A DNA stretch of 64,000 nucleotides from an uncultured delta proteobacterium (GTDB lineage Bacteria > Myxococcota > Myxococcia > Myxococcales > Anaeromyxobacteraceae). Numbering within the stretch: position 1 is the stretch's first letter; each line of letters starts with the position of its first letter. The DNA is taken from contig CAVYBH010000008.1 in NCBI GenBank assembly GCA_963766715.1, forward strand, positions 128,001 through 192,000. Direction: 5' to 3'. The notes beneath the pieces are model-generated. The model was not told where the DNA came from and ran no database searches. It saw only the letters and a list, made by a program, of their open reading frames with translations. Below, piece after piece: positions 1-10,471 of the stretch. The position numbers and the translations under genes are program-made.

Positions 1-114
1 CCCAAGAAAATGCTCAGCACTTTTTTCGGGAAGCGGCTTGCTTCGGCCGCCCCGTCTGGCGACCCTGGCAGCGGGTCGAAGGGGCCCGGTTCGGACCCTC
101 TGTGGGAGGCACAC

Positions 115-837
115 GTGGACGACAGGACGCCGCCGGAAGGACTCACGGCCGAGCAGGTTCGCGCGGCCGTGGACTACGCCATCTCCTCCCGGCGCAGCCT
201 GCGGGCCTTCCTCCCCACCCCGGTGCCCCGCGAGACCGTCCAGTCGATCCTGGCCGTCGCCAGCCGCGCGCCTTCCGGCACCAACACCCAGCCATGGAAG
301 GTGCACGTCGTGACCGGCGAGGCGAAGGCCCGGATCGTCGCCGCCATCCTGGCCGTCCACGACGACCCGCCGGTCGCTCGCACCCATACCGAGGAATGGG
401 ACTACTACCCGCGGGAGTGGGCGACGCCCTACGTCGAGCGCCGGCGCAAGGTGGGCTGGGACCTCTACGGCCTCCTCGGGATCGCGAAGACCGACAAGCT
501 CGCGATGCACGCCCAGCACGGTCGCAACTACCGGTTCTTCGACGCACCGGTCGGGCTCTTCTTCACCATCGACCGGGTCATGCGCCAGGGGAGCTTCCTC
601 GACTACGGGATGTTCCTCGAGAACATCATGGTGGCGGCCCGCGGCCGCGGTCTCGACACCTGTCCCCAGGCGGCCTTCATGCAGTACCACCGGATCATCT
701 GCGAGCAGCTGGCGGTCCCCTCTACCCAGATGCTCGTCTGCGGGATGAGCCTCGGGTACGCCGACCCTTCCAAGGTGGAAAATCGGCTCCAGACCGAGCG
801 GGAGCCGGTGAGCGCCTTCACCACGTTCCACGACTGA
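115..837 (+). CDS. Nitroreductase family protein
   Basis: RRSLRAF and RAPSGTNTQPW FMN-binding motifs, FFDAPV, GLDTCPQAA. GTG start at 115 follows GGAGG; the raw ORF opens at 10. Confidence 0.9.
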   Translation: MDDRTPPEGLTAEQVRAAVDYAISSRRSLRAFLPTPVPRETVQSILAVASRAPSGTNTQPWKVHVVTGEAKARIVAAILAVHDDPPVARTHTEEWDYYPREWATPYVERRRKVGWDLYGLLGIAKTDKLAMHAQHGRNYRFFDAPVGLFFTIDRVMRQGSFLDYGMFLENIMVAARGRGLDTCPQAAFMQYHRIICEQLAVPSTQMLVCGMSLGYADPSKVENRLQTEREPVSAFTTFHD

Positions 838-1049
838 CGCGACGGCTGACGCGACGACGCACCGCGTTAGCCCAGCGCTGGCCAGCGGCCGCGCTCGCCA
901 GCGTGGCGCCGGGCTCCTGTCAGAAGAGGGTTTTGCCCGTGTCGTTGAAGGTAGGCACGTGGATCTGCTCTAGTCCCGATTCTCCGGATGGAATGCGGGC
1001 AGACACGCGCCGGCGGCGATCGACCCCTGATGTCGGGAGCAGACTCGAC

Positions 1050-4000
1050 TTGGCCAAGAGCACTCGTTCCGGATCCGGCGAAGACTCGGGAGAGCGCGCC
1101 CCGTTGACGCCGTCCGGCGACCCGCGTGGGCCGCGAGGGACCGACGACTCGGCCGACGGCCGGTCGGAGCTCTTCGGCGAGCTGGCGCGCGCCACGGCGG
1201 ACGCCGGCGCCGGAGCGGGCGACGACCCGACGCGCCTCGCCCAGGCGTCGATGATGGCGGCCGCCGACGGCCGGTCCGCCCTCCTGCAGCAACTGGTCCG
1301 CGAGGCCGCGCCCGCCGGTGCGCCCGAGGACGAGCGGTCGCGCATCCTGGTCGAGGCGCTCGCGTCGATGATGGCCGGGGCCGAGGGCCGGTCCGCCCTC
1401 CTCGAGCACTTCGCCCGGGCCCCCGGGGCGGCGGGCGAGACGCCCGACATGACGCACCTCGCCGCCCATCCACGGACGGTGAATGCACCGGGCGCCGACG
1501 GACGGTCCGCGCTCCTCGAGCACCTGGTCCGGGCGCTCCCGGCGGACGGCGCGCCGGGAGCGGGTGCACCGGCCACCGTCGCCGACCTGGTGGCGAGCCT
1601 GCTGGCCGTGCCCGAGGGGCGCTCGGCGCTCCTGCAGCAGCTCGCGCGCGGCGGCGGGGCGGGAGGCGGGGCGCGGCCCCCGGCCGGACGGGGACCGTCG
1701 GCGGCGGCCGGGAAGGAGCTCGTCCCGGGGATGGTGGTGGGGCGGTTCGAGATGGTGAAGGAGATCGGGAGCGGAGGCTTCGGGGTGGTGTTCGAGGCCC
1801 GCGACCGGGACCTGGGCCGTTCGGTGGCCTTCAAGGCGGTTCGCCCCGGGGTGCGGACGCGCCAGCTCGACACGATGCTGCTCCAGGAGGCCGAGTCGGC
1901 GGCCCGGCTGCAGCACGAGAACATCGTCTCCATCTTCGACTACGGCCAGAGCGAGGCCGGCCCGTACCTGGTGCTCGAGCTCCTGAAGGGCGAGACGCTG
2001 TCGGCGCGCCTCGCGCGCGGGCCGATGCCGGTGAACGAGGTGGTGCACGTGGGCTCGGAGGTGGCGAGAGCACTCGCCCACGCGCACGGAGCGGGGCTGC
2101 TCCACCGGGACCTGAAGCCGGGGAACGTCTTCCTGACCGGGTCGGGCGGCGTGAAGGTGATGGACCTGGGGCTGGCCCACTTCTTCGGGCAGCCGACCGG
2201 CCTGTCCGGGACGCCGGCGTACATGGCGCCCGAGCAGTGGAAGGGCGAGGCCCAGGACGGGCGGACCGACGTCTTCGCACTTGGAGTGACGCTCTTCGAG
2301 ATGCTGGCGACGCGCCGGCCGTACGAGGTCCGCGCCGACCGGAGCACCGTGCTCGACCCCGGCCCCGAGCCGAAGCTGGGCGGGCCCGGCATCCCCCCGC
2401 GGCTGCGCAAGCTGGTCGAGCGCTGCATCGCCAAGGACCCGGCGAAGCGCCCCGCCAGCGCCCGCGCCGTGCAGGAGGAGCTGCTGGCGGTGGAGCGCGG
2501 CCTCGCCACGAAGGCAACCCGCAGGGGGCAGCTCTTCGTCGTGCTCGTCCTGGGCGGCGCGCTCACCGTGCTGGGCGTCGGAGGCGCGGCCGCCTGGAAG
2601 TTCTGGCCGCGCACCATCGCCAAGGGAGCGCCCCGCACGGTGCTGGTGGCCGACTTCGAGAACAAGACGGGCGAGGACATCTTCGACGGGACGCTCGAGC
2701 CGGCCATCGGCATCGCGCTCGAGGGCGCGCCCTTCATCACCACCTTCAAGCGCTCCGCCGCGCTGGGGACGGCGAACCGGCTCCAGCTCCAGGGCACCGG
2801 CCTCGGCGAGGCCAGGGCCCGCCTCATCGCGCAGCGGGAGGGGATCCACGTGGTGGTGGCCGGCGGGGCCGAGAAGTCCGGGAACGGCTACAAGGTCCGC
2901 GCGAGGGCCATCGACGGCTTCACGGGCAAGTCCATCGCCGAGCGCACCGAGGAGGTGCCCGGGAAGGAGGCCATCCTCTCGGCGGCCAACAAGCTCGCCG
3001 TCCACGTCCGAACCGCCCTCGGCGACACCAAGCCCGAGGCGGTCCAGCTGAAGGAGGCCGAGACCTTCAGCGCCGCGTCCCTCGAGGCCGCCCACGAGTA
3101 CGCGCTCGGCATGAAGCTCGCGAGCGAGGGGCAATCGGCGGACGCGAAGAAGCACTACGCGGAGGCCGTTCGCCTCGACCCGGGCATGGGCCGGGCGCAG
3201 AGCGGGCTCGCGGTGCTCGAGTTCAACGGCGGCCACCACGCCGAGGCGGATCGGTACTTCCAGGCCGCCATGTCGAACCTGGGCCGGATGAGCGACCGCG
3301 AGAAGCTCCGCACGCGCGGCGTGTACTACGGCTTCAAGCGCGACGCCGACCAGGCGGTGACCGCCAACCAGGCCCTGGTGAAGGAGTTCCCCGCCGACAC
3401 CGCAGGCTGGGCCAACCTGGGGTTTGCGTACCAGCTGAAGCGGGACTTCCCGAACGCCATCCAGGCCTCGCGCCGCGCGGTCGAGATCTACCCGCGCAAC
3501 GTTCCCCAGCTGAGCAACGTGGGGCTCTTCGAGATGTACGCGGGCAACGCCGACGAGGCCGGTCGCGTCCACCGCCAGGTCCTGGAGATCAATCCCTCCT
3601 TCGTGAACAGCCTGGTGGGCCTGGCGCTGGCGCAGTTCGCGGCGGGCCATCGCGACGAGTCGCTCGCGACCTGGACCCGGCTCCAGGCGACCGACGGCGA
3701 GGGCGCGTCGAAGGCCGCCGAGGGTCTGGCCGACCTCGCGTACCACGACGGGCGGCTCTCCGAGGCGCGGGAAATCCTCGAGAAGGGCGTGGCGGTCGAT
3801 CTCGCCGAGGGGGACGGGGACTCGGCGGCACGGAAGATGGCCTCGCTCGCGTCCGTCCACCTGGCGACCGGCCAGCCGAAGAAGGCCACGGCCACCGCCG
3901 AGCAGGCGCTCAAGAAGAGCCAGCAGGACTACGTGATCTTCGCCGCGGCCCGGACGCTCGCCGAGGCGGGCGAGTCGAAGCGCGCGCTGGCGCTGGCCGA

Positions 4001-4445
4001 CGAGCTCGACCGGCAGGTGGCGGCCGAGTCGCGCATGTACGCCGAGATGGTCCGGGCCTCGGTGGCGCTGAAGGCCGGTTCCGCGGCCGAGGCGGTGGTC
4101 CGCTCCCGAAGCGCGGTGAAGCTCGTCGATTCCTGGCTCGCCCGGCTCTCGCTGGCGCGGGCCTACGTGGAGGCAGGGTCCTACCCGGAGGCGCTCGACG
4201 AGCTGGAGAAGCTGGAGAAGCGGCGCGGCGAGGGGACCGACGTCTACCTGGACATCGTCCCCACCGTCCGGTTCCTCCCCGCCCTCCCCTACCTCGGCGC
4301 GCGGGCGAAGGAAGGCGTGAAGGATCCGAAGGCGGCCGACGCCTACCGCGCCTTCCTGGCCTTGAAGAAGGGCAGCGAGGACCCGCTGGCGGTCGACGCG
4401 GTTCGCCGGCTGGCGAAGCTGGACGCGGGCGCTCCGCGGCCCTGA
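1050..4445 (+). CDS. Membrane Ser/Thr protein kinase with N-terminal repeats, TM helix, TolB_N/FlgO-like domain and TPR repeats
   Basis: GSGGFGVV, VAFK, HRDLKPGN, DLGLA, GTPAYMAPE, DVFALG; TM LFVVLVLGGALTVLGVGG; VLVADFENKTG; TPR-like C-terminus. Start uncertain (ATG 993 or TTG 1050). Confidence 0.9.
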   Translation: MAKSTRSGSGEDSGERAPLTPSGDPRGPRGTDDSADGRSELFGELARATADAGAGAGDDPTRLAQASMMAAADGRSALLQQLVREAAPAGAPEDERSRILVEALASMMAGAEGRSALLEHFARAPGAAGETPDMTHLAAHPRTVNAPGADGRSALLEHLVRALPADGAPGAGAPATVADLVASLLAVPEGRSALLQQLARGGGAGGGARPPAGRGPSAAAGKELVPGMVVGRFEMVKEIGSGGFGVVFEARDRDLGRSVAFKAVRPGVRTRQLDTMLLQEAESAARLQHENIVSIFDYGQSEAGPYLVLELLKGETLSARLARGPMPVNEVVHVGSEVARALAHAHGAGLLHRDLKPGNVFLTGSGGVKVMDLGLAHFFGQPTGLSGTPAYMAPEQWKGEAQDGRTDVFALGVTLFEMLATRRPYEVRADRSTVLDPGPEPKLGGPGIPPRLRKLVERCIAKDPAKRPASARAVQEELLAVERGLATKATRRGQLFVVLVLGGALTVLGVGGAAAWKFWPRTIAKGAPRTVLVADFENKTGEDIFDGTLEPAIGIALEGAPFITTFKRSAALGTANRLQLQGTGLGEARARLIAQREGIHVVVAGGAEKSGNGYKVRARAIDGFTGKSIAERTEEVPGKEAILSAANKLAVHVRTALGDTKPEAVQLKEAETFSAASLEAAHEYALGMKLASEGQSADAKKHYAEAVRLDPGMGRAQSGLAVLEFNGGHHAEADRYFQAAMSNLGRMSDREKLRTRGVYYGFKRDADQAVTANQALVKEFPADTAGWANLGFAYQLKRDFPNAIQASRRAVEIYPRNVPQLSNVGLFEMYAGNADEAGRVHRQVLEINPSFVNSLVGLALAQFAAGHRDESLATWTRLQATDGEGASKAAEGLADLAYHDGRLSEAREILEKGVAVDLAEGDGDSAARKMASLASVHLATGQPKKATATAEQALKKSQQDYVIFAAARTLAEAGESKRALALADELDRQVAAESRMYAEMVRASVALKAGSAAEAVVRSRSAVKLVDSWLARLSLARAYVEAGSYPEALDELEKLEKRRGEGTDVYLDIVPTVRFLPALPYLGARAKEGVKDPKAADAYRAFLALKKGSEDPLAVDAVRRLAKLDAGAPRP
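1151..1650 (+). repeat. Five intragenic degenerate repeats encoding (A)DGRSALL(Q/E)xLxR, spaced ~110-120 nt
   Basis: ADGRSELFGELARA, ADGRSALLQQLVRE, AEGRSALLEHFARA, ADGRSALLEHLVRA, PEGRSALLQQLARG read in the kinase frame. Confidence 0.85.
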
Positions 4446-4469
4446 GCGGTCACGAACGGGTGGCGGCCG

Positions 4470-6038
4470 TCAATGAGGGGCCCCTGCCGGCGCCTTCTCG
4501 TGGCCAGCCTCGGGGGCGCCCTTGGCGTGCTTGACCCCGTGCCGGTGATCCCACGGGCGCAGGATGGCGAGCGCCGCGATGCCCGTCCCGACGGCGAGGA
4601 TACCCGCCGTCCACCGCAGGGCGGGCTCGTGGATGTGGGGAAGCTCGATCACGAAGAACTTCACCAGCTCGGCGGCGTAGGCCACCACGATGAAGACCTC
4701 GATCCAGACCAGCGCCATGTGGATGCGGTGCGAGCTCTCCTGCGACTCGGCGGCCCCGCGCGCGATGTCCCGCTGGGCCTCCGCGATCTCCATCTGCTGG
4801 TGGGCCGAGAGCTGCGCCTCCAGGTCGCCGAGCGCGCTGCGCACCTGCTCCAGGTTGCGGTCGAGGTCCACCGCCTCCTGGCACATCCGGTAGTAGCGGT
4901 GCAGCGAGTAGCGGACGCTCACCTCGGGGAGAGCCCCGGCCAGCGCGAAGGCGAGCACGTCCGAGCGCAGCCGGGAGACCGGCGCCCGCTTCACGTCCTC
5001 CCGGAGCACCATCTCGGTGGCCTCCTCGGCCGCCTTCTTGATGGCGCACCGCTGCAGGAGCGCGGTGAGGTAGGGCACGAAGTAGCGGTCGCGCGCCTCG
5101 GCCAAGGTGTCCTCGCCCAGCGTGTGCGTCTCGCGGGCGCCGAGCAGGTGGGCCGCTCCCTGGAGGCTCGCCGCCGTCCAGTGGTTCGACCCGACGAAGA
5201 GGTTCGGCACCCCGAGCTCGCTCCGCCCCGGCGCCGGCCGGAACCCGGCGTGGACCTGCGCGAGCGACGACAGGAAGGGGCCCGTCCAGGCCCTCGCCTC
5301 CGGCGCGCCGATCTCGACCTCGGGAGGGAGCGCCACGACCGAGTAGGCGCCGAGCGATTCCTGGATGGGCGCGATCCCCATGCCCCGCAGCGGCTCGAGC
5401 AGCTGGGCCAGCAGCTCGGTGAGCGAGAACCGGGCGCCCGGCTTCCCCAGCCGGTCGCCGAGCGGCACGGCGCTGGAGTGCGGCTCCGGCGCCGCGGCCG
5501 GATCCGCCCCCTCGGGGCGCGGCACCGACAGCCACGGCGCTCGCTCGCCGGGCCGGGTCAGGATGGAGAGGCGCCGGTTCAGCTCGAGGATGGAGGCCAG
5601 CTCCACGTCGGCGCCGAGGTCGAACGTCAGGGAGAGGACGCCCGCCCCGTGCGCGGTCAGGAACAGCTCGACGCCGGTCGTGGGCGCGAGGCCGACGCGG
5701 GCGATGCGCGAGCCCAGGTCCACGTCGAGGGCTCCGAGCCACCGGCGGATCCGCTCGCCGGAGGCGTGCAGGTAGGCGCCCTCCACCGTTCCCTTCTCCC
5801 CGTGGGAGAAGAGGAAGCGGTCGAGCTGCCCGGTCATCTCCAGCCGGTAGCGGTAGAGCTTTCGCGGCGGCTCCCTCGTCCAGAGACCGCGGGCGATCCC
5901 GGTCGAGGCCGACTCCAGCGCCAGCGCCGCGCGGTCGGCGGCGCGCCGCTCGAAGAGGAAGGGCAGGAGCAGGCGCGTCTGCGCCGAGACGGCGCGGGGG
6001 AGCGGCGCTGCGACCGTCGGTGAGGCGGTGACGTCCAT
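4470..6038 (-). CDS. Hypothetical protein, large soluble domain + coiled coil + two C-terminal TM helices (CorA-like topology)
   Basis: Uninterrupted ORF from ATG 6038 (MDVTAS); coiled coil LDRNLEQVRSALGDLEAQL..; TMs ALVWIEVFIVVAYAAELV and WTAGILAVGTGIAALAIL. Confidence 0.7.
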   Translation of the reverse strand: MDVTASPTVAAPLPRAVSAQTRLLLPFLFERRAADRAALALESASTGIARGLWTREPPRKLYRYRLEMTGQLDRFLFSHGEKGTVEGAYLHASGERIRRWLGALDVDLGSRIARVGLAPTTGVELFLTAHGAGVLSLTFDLGADVELASILELNRRLSILTRPGERAPWLSVPRPEGADPAAAPEPHSSAVPLGDRLGKPGARFSLTELLAQLLEPLRGMGIAPIQESLGAYSVVALPPEVEIGAPEARAWTGPFLSSLAQVHAGFRPAPGRSELGVPNLFVGSNHWTAASLQGAAHLLGARETHTLGEDTLAEARDRYFVPYLTALLQRCAIKKAAEEATEMVLREDVKRAPVSRLRSDVLAFALAGALPEVSVRYSLHRYYRMCQEAVDLDRNLEQVRSALGDLEAQLSAHQQMEIAEAQRDIARGAAESQESSHRIHMALVWIEVFIVVAYAAELVKFFVIELPHIHEPALRWTAGILAVGTGIAALAILRPWDHRHGVKHAKGAPEAGHEKAPAGAPH

Positions 6039-6126
6039 GGGGGGCCCTCGGAGGAGGGGCCATGCTACCGGAGCGCGCGGTCGGGATTCCAGGGGCCCAC
6101 GGGCGGAACCGGGCATAATCACGGAC

Positions 6127-7277
6127 GTGGCGAACCCTTCTCCCCTCGACCCGCCGGCCAGTCCCCTCGTCCCGCTGCCGTTCGAGGGCGCGCCGCGCTC
6201 GCGCGTCCTGGCTCTCCGCCACGTCGACGGCGCCGAGGCGGGTGGGGCTCGCCGACGACCGGACGACCGCGGACGACGCGCTGCGGCGCATCCGGGCCGG
6301 GGAGTCGCTCCTCTACGGGGGCGACTTCCAGAACGCCCGCCAGCTTCTCGCCGCGCTGGGGCGGAGGCTCTCGCCTCGCTCCTCCTCCCGCGAGGCCATG
6401 CCGGAGGCGTTCCGGCGCGAGCGACACCGGCGCCGGGAGGCCCACCTGCTCCTCAACCGGCTGCTCGTGCCGGTGGCGCCCGGCTGGCGCATCCCGCTCT
6501 CCCGCGCGCCGGACGTGGCGGAGGCGCTCGCCGAGGCCCTCGGCCCGGCTCCGGAGGGCGAGGGGCTCCTGCCCCTGCGGGAGGTGCTCGGGGCCATCGG
6601 TGCGCGGGAGTGGCGCAGGAGCGGCGTCCCCGTCCCGGCGCTCTCCGCCCGCGTGCATCCGCACCACGGCGTGTTCGCCCCGATCCGCGGCGAGTACGCG
6701 GCGCTGGTCGACTCCGCCCTGGCCGGCCGCGACCTGTCCGGCAAGCTGGTCTTCGACGTCGGGACCGGGACCGGCGTGCTCGCCTTCCTGGCGGCGCGGC
6801 GGGGCGCCCGCGTCGTCGCGACGGACAGTGAACCGCGGGCGGTGGCCTGCGCCCGGGAGAACGCCGCCCGGCTCGGCCTGGACGCGCAGGTCGAGGTGCG
6901 GGAGGCCGACCTCTTCCCGGAGGGGCAGGCCGACCTCGTCCTCTGCAACCCGCCCTGGGTCCCGGCCGACGCGCACACGCCGCTCGAGCGGGCGGTGTAC
7001 GACCCGGGCGGACGGTTCCTCTCGGCCTTCCTCGCCGGGTCTGCCGTCCCACCTGGCGCCCGGGGGCGAGGCCCTGCTCGTGATCTCCGACCTGGCCGTG
7101 CGGCTCGGGCTGCGGCCGGCCGGACACCTGGAATCGGCCTTCGCTGCGGCGGGGCTCGAGCGGGTCGCCGTGCACTCGGCTCCGCCCTCCCATCCGCGCG
7201 CGCGGGACGAGGACGACCCGCTCCACGCGGCGAGGGCCGGCGAGATCACCTCGGTCCACGTGCTGCGGCGGTCGTGA
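6127..7277 (+). CDS. Class I SAM-dependent methyltransferase (MTS/HemK-like), frameshifted
   Basis: FDVGTGTGVLA, EADLF, LCNPPW motifs; frames join near 6200 and 7040 (continues LPSHLAPGGEALLVISD). Confidence 0.85.
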
Positions 7278-7279
7278 GG

Positions 7280-7489
7280 CTACCGGCCCGGGTGGACCCG
7301 CAGCAGGAGCGCCCGGAAGTGCGGGTCGCTCGCGCTCGGCCAGGTCTCGCCGCGGTGGACGTGCTCCAGCACGTCGGGCGGCGGCCGCGCCGCGCCCGTC
7401 CGCCGCTCGTATTCACTGCACGTGAGACAGAGACCGTGACGGATCAACTCGGGCGCGGTGACCCAGCCGCAGTTCACGCACGAGACCAT
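7280..7489 (-). CDS. Small putative zinc-finger protein (69 aa)
   Basis: MVSCVNCG...GLCLTC (CxxC..CxxC); G-rich stretch upstream of the ATG. Confidence 0.55.
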   Translation of the reverse strand: MVSCVNCGWVTAPELIRHGLCLTCSEYERRTGAARPPPDVLEHVHRGETWPSASDPHFRALLLRVHPGR

Positions 7490-7628
7490 CGAGAAACCCC
7501 CCTGCCATGACGTCATGGTACGCGCCGGCGTTTCCCCGGGATCGGCCAGATCGGGCTCCCCGGGAGGCACTAGGCGATCCGGCGGCGCCCCTGCTGCGAC
7601 GCGTCGCGGTGTGATACGCATTTCGAGC

Positions 7629-8937
7629 ATGGGACACCTCGGCCGGCTCAAGGAGGAGTACCGCGATTCTGGTCACGCGGCTCGACGCCGGAACGGTCGC
7701 GCTCCCGGAGCCCACCGATCCCCAGGCGTGGGCGGGCTGGAAGGAGATCCTGGAGATCCTCTACACGCCGGAGGAGGCCGCGCTCGCCGCCCGGATGCCC
7801 GTCCGGCCGGTCTCGCTCCCGAAGCTGGCCCGGCGGCTCGGCGTGCCGGAGGCCGAGCTCGAGCCCCGCCTCGACGCCATGTGCGACAAGGGCGTGGTGA
7901 TGGACCTGGTCCACCCCCGCACCGGGCACCGGTCGTACCTGCTCTCGCCGCCGGTGGTGGGCTTCTTCGAGTACTCGCTCATGCGCGCGCACGACGGCAT
8001 CCCCAAGAAGCGGATGGCCGAGGCGCTGCGCGCCTATACCCACGGTGACGAGGCCTTCGCCCGCGAGGCGCTGGGGCGCGACACGGTGGTGGGGCGCGCG
8101 CTGGTCCACGAGCCCGCCATCTCCGACGACCCGCTCCCCGACGTGCTCGACTGGGAGCGGGCCACCCACGTGATCGGCGAGGCCCGGGCCTGGGCGGTCT
8201 CGCTCTGCTACTGCCGCCACAAGATGGAGCACCTCGGCGAGGCCTGCGGGGCGCCGGTCGACGTGTGCCTGACCCTCAACGCGGGCGCCGACTTCGTGGT
8301 GCGCCGCGGCTTCGGACGCGCCGTGGAGCGGGCGGAGGCCCTCGACGTCCTGGCGGCCTCGCGGGCGCAGGGTCTCGTGCAGATCGCCGACAACGTCCAG
8401 GACCGGCCCACCTTCGTGTGCAACTGCTGCGGCTGCTGCTGCGAGCAGCTCCAGGCCGCCAACCGCTGGGGGCTCCGCGCGGTGAACGGCAGCGGCTTCG
8501 CGCCCCGCAGCGACGCCGCCCGCTGCTCGGGCTGCTCCCGCTGCGCGCGCGCCTGCCCGGTGGCGGCCATCGAGATGGTCCCCTCGCGACGCGCTGCCGA
8601 CCGGAAGAACGCGCTCGCGCCTCGCGTCGACGAGGCGCGCTGCATCGGCTGCGGGGTCTGCGCCACCGCCTGCCACAAGGACGCGATGCGGATGGAGCGC
8701 GGCGGGGAGCGCCGGCCGGTGCCCGGGAACCCGGTGGAGAAGGCGGTCCGCCAGGCGCTCGAGCGCAACCGGCTGGCGGAGCTGCTCTTCGACGGGGGCG
8801 AGGGGCTCGGCAACCGCTTCCTCCGGCAGGCGACGAAGGCCATCACCGCCCTGCCGCCGGCCCAGCGGCTGCTCGCCACCGAGCAGGTCCGGTCCCGCTT
8901 CGTCCGGGCCGCGACCGCCCGCTTCCGCGGCGGTTGA
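7629..8937 (+). CDS. 4Fe-4S dicluster ferredoxin-domain protein with N-terminal HTH-like region, frameshifted near start
   Basis: CYCRH, CNCCGCCC, CSGCSRCARACP, CIGCGVCATAC; starts MGHLGRLKEEY with frame changes ~7670-7730. Confidence 0.85.
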
Positions 8938-9070
8938 GGCGCGCGCTCGCTGCGCTGACCGGCACGTTCCACCAGGGACGGCGTCAGCGTTCGCTGGCCC
9001 CCGATCGAGCCCGGCGAGGCGAGGGAGCGCCGCTATTCGTGCGGCCACGGGGGGAGCCAAGGAGCCGAAC

Positions 9071-9520
9071 ATGGCGACCGTCGAGAAGAAGCAGGCGAGC
9101 CTCTCCAGCATCCGCGAGGAGATCAAGCAGACGTTCGGGAAGGTCCCGGCCTGGGTGGACGAGATGCCGCCCAGCGCGCTCGAGGGCTTCTGGACCACGA
9201 TGCGGGACTTCCAGCTGGCGGAGACCCGCATCCCGAACAAGTACAAGGAGCTCATCGGACTGGCCGTGTCCGGGGCCACCCGCTGCCGGTACTGCACGCT
9301 CTTCCACACCGAGGCCGCGAAGCTGTTCGGCGCGACCGACGAGGAGATCCGGGAGGCGGCGTCGATGGCGGCCCACACCATGTCCGCGTCGACCTTCGTG
9401 AACACGGTGCAGGTGGACTACGACGCGTTCCGGAAGGAGACGCTCGACGCCATCTCCCACGTCCGGAGCCACATGCCCGGGCCCCAGGCCTCCTCGGGTT
9501 CCTCCCGCGCCCACGCCTGA
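9071..9520 (+). CDS. Carboxymuconolactone decarboxylase / AhpD family protein
   Basis: KYKELIGLAVS..TRCRYCTLFH..GATDEEIREA; AGGAG RBS. Confidence 0.85.
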   Translation: MATVEKKQASLSSIREEIKQTFGKVPAWVDEMPPSALEGFWTTMRDFQLAETRIPNKYKELIGLAVSGATRCRYCTLFHTEAAKLFGATDEEIREAASMAAHTMSASTFVNTVQVDYDAFRKETLDAISHVRSHMPGPQASSGSSRAHA

Positions 9521-9583
9521 GTCGCACCCAATCCCGTGGCCCCCGCCGTGGCGGGCGGGGGTAACATGGGGCGAGGTTCCTCC

Positions 9584-10342
9584 ATGAAGAGACCCGCCTT
9601 GCCGCTCGTCGTCTCCGCGCTGCTCGCCGCGGCTTGCGCGCCAGCGGTCCCGCTCTCCCGCGACGAGGCGGCGCGCCTCGCGTCCGCGCCGCCGATCGCG
9701 GTCCTGTCCGTGCATGCCCCGCCGCCCTGGGTCGACTGCCCGAACGACGAGGGGCAGAAGACCTGGGAGTACCCCGGCTCGGCGCGCGGGGACGACGCCG
9801 GCGGGTCCTCGCTGGTGAGGCTGGCCTCCGCGCCATCGCCGTCCGTCCCGGTGCTGCGCGCGAGCGGCATCTGGCAGTCCATCCAGGATCAGTGGACCGA
9901 GCCGCTCCAGGTCCCGCCCGTCGATCCCGCCGCCGCCACCGCGGCCCAGCTGCTCGCCCGGACGAAGGCCGCCGACGTCCGCCTCCCGCTCTCCGGGGCG
10001 GCCGAGGAGGTCCGGAAGCTCGACCGCACCGCGCTCCGGACCCGCTTCGGCGAGTCGCCGGTGCTCGTGGTCGAGGCGGTCCGGTGGGTGCTGGTGGGGT
10101 GCTTCTTCACCTACCAGCCCTGGTTCGAGGTGCGGGCGACGCTCCTGCGTCCGTCCACCGGCGAGGTCCTCTGGCGGGACACCTGCGACGACGGCGTCTA
10201 CCCGGGCGGCTCGCCGGCGCCGGCCTCGCGCGACGAGCTGACGGCCGGGAACGGCGCGCTGTACGCGCGGATCATCCAGGATCGGGCGGCCGCCTGCGCG
10301 ACCCAGCTCGTCGCCGCCCTGTCCGGCGCCGGCCGGACCTGA
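9584..10342 (+). CDS. Hypothetical lipoprotein
   Basis: MKRPALPLVVSALLAAAC lipobox; ..TGEVLWRDTC motif. Confidence 0.7.
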   Translation: MKRPALPLVVSALLAAACAPAVPLSRDEAARLASAPPIAVLSVHAPPPWVDCPNDEGQKTWEYPGSARGDDAGGSSLVRLASAPSPSVPVLRASGIWQSIQDQWTEPLQVPPVDPAAATAAQLLARTKAADVRLPLSGAAEEVRKLDRTALRTRFGESPVLVVEAVRWVLVGCFFTYQPWFEVRATLLRPSTGEVLWRDTCDDGVYPGGSPAPASRDELTAGNGALYARIIQDRAAACATQLVAALSGAGRT

Positions 10343-10471
10343 CCATCGCCGCCGTCGATCCACATTTTACTTACAGGCTACTTTGGTGGCGGCCCGACAG
10401 AGCAGGGCGCGTTGCACGTGCAAGGACTAGAGGCCGCCCCGTTCCCGGGAGGGAGCGAGGGAGACCCACAC

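Noticed and set aside
833..860. Short tandem CTGACGCGACG repeat after the nitroreductase stop
   Set aside because: Only about two copies with no spacers; not a CRISPR array or clear element.
864..871. Fourth GCTAACGC (minus strand) resembling the ECF motif
   Set aside because: Lacks the CGCCGGTC element at the conserved spacing and points antisense into the nitroreductase gene.
102..992. N-terminal 300 aa of the 1447-aa kinase ORF
   Set aside because: Overlaps the nitroreductase in another frame and is low-complexity shadow sequence; the real start is about 993-1050.
867..3860. 997-aa minus-strand ORF and many similar long shadow ORFs (e.g. 39554..43072, 38170..43035, 34587..37745)
   Set aside because: Antisense or off-frame to clear genes; stop codons are rare at this GC content; Arg/Pro/Gly-rich translations lack motifs.
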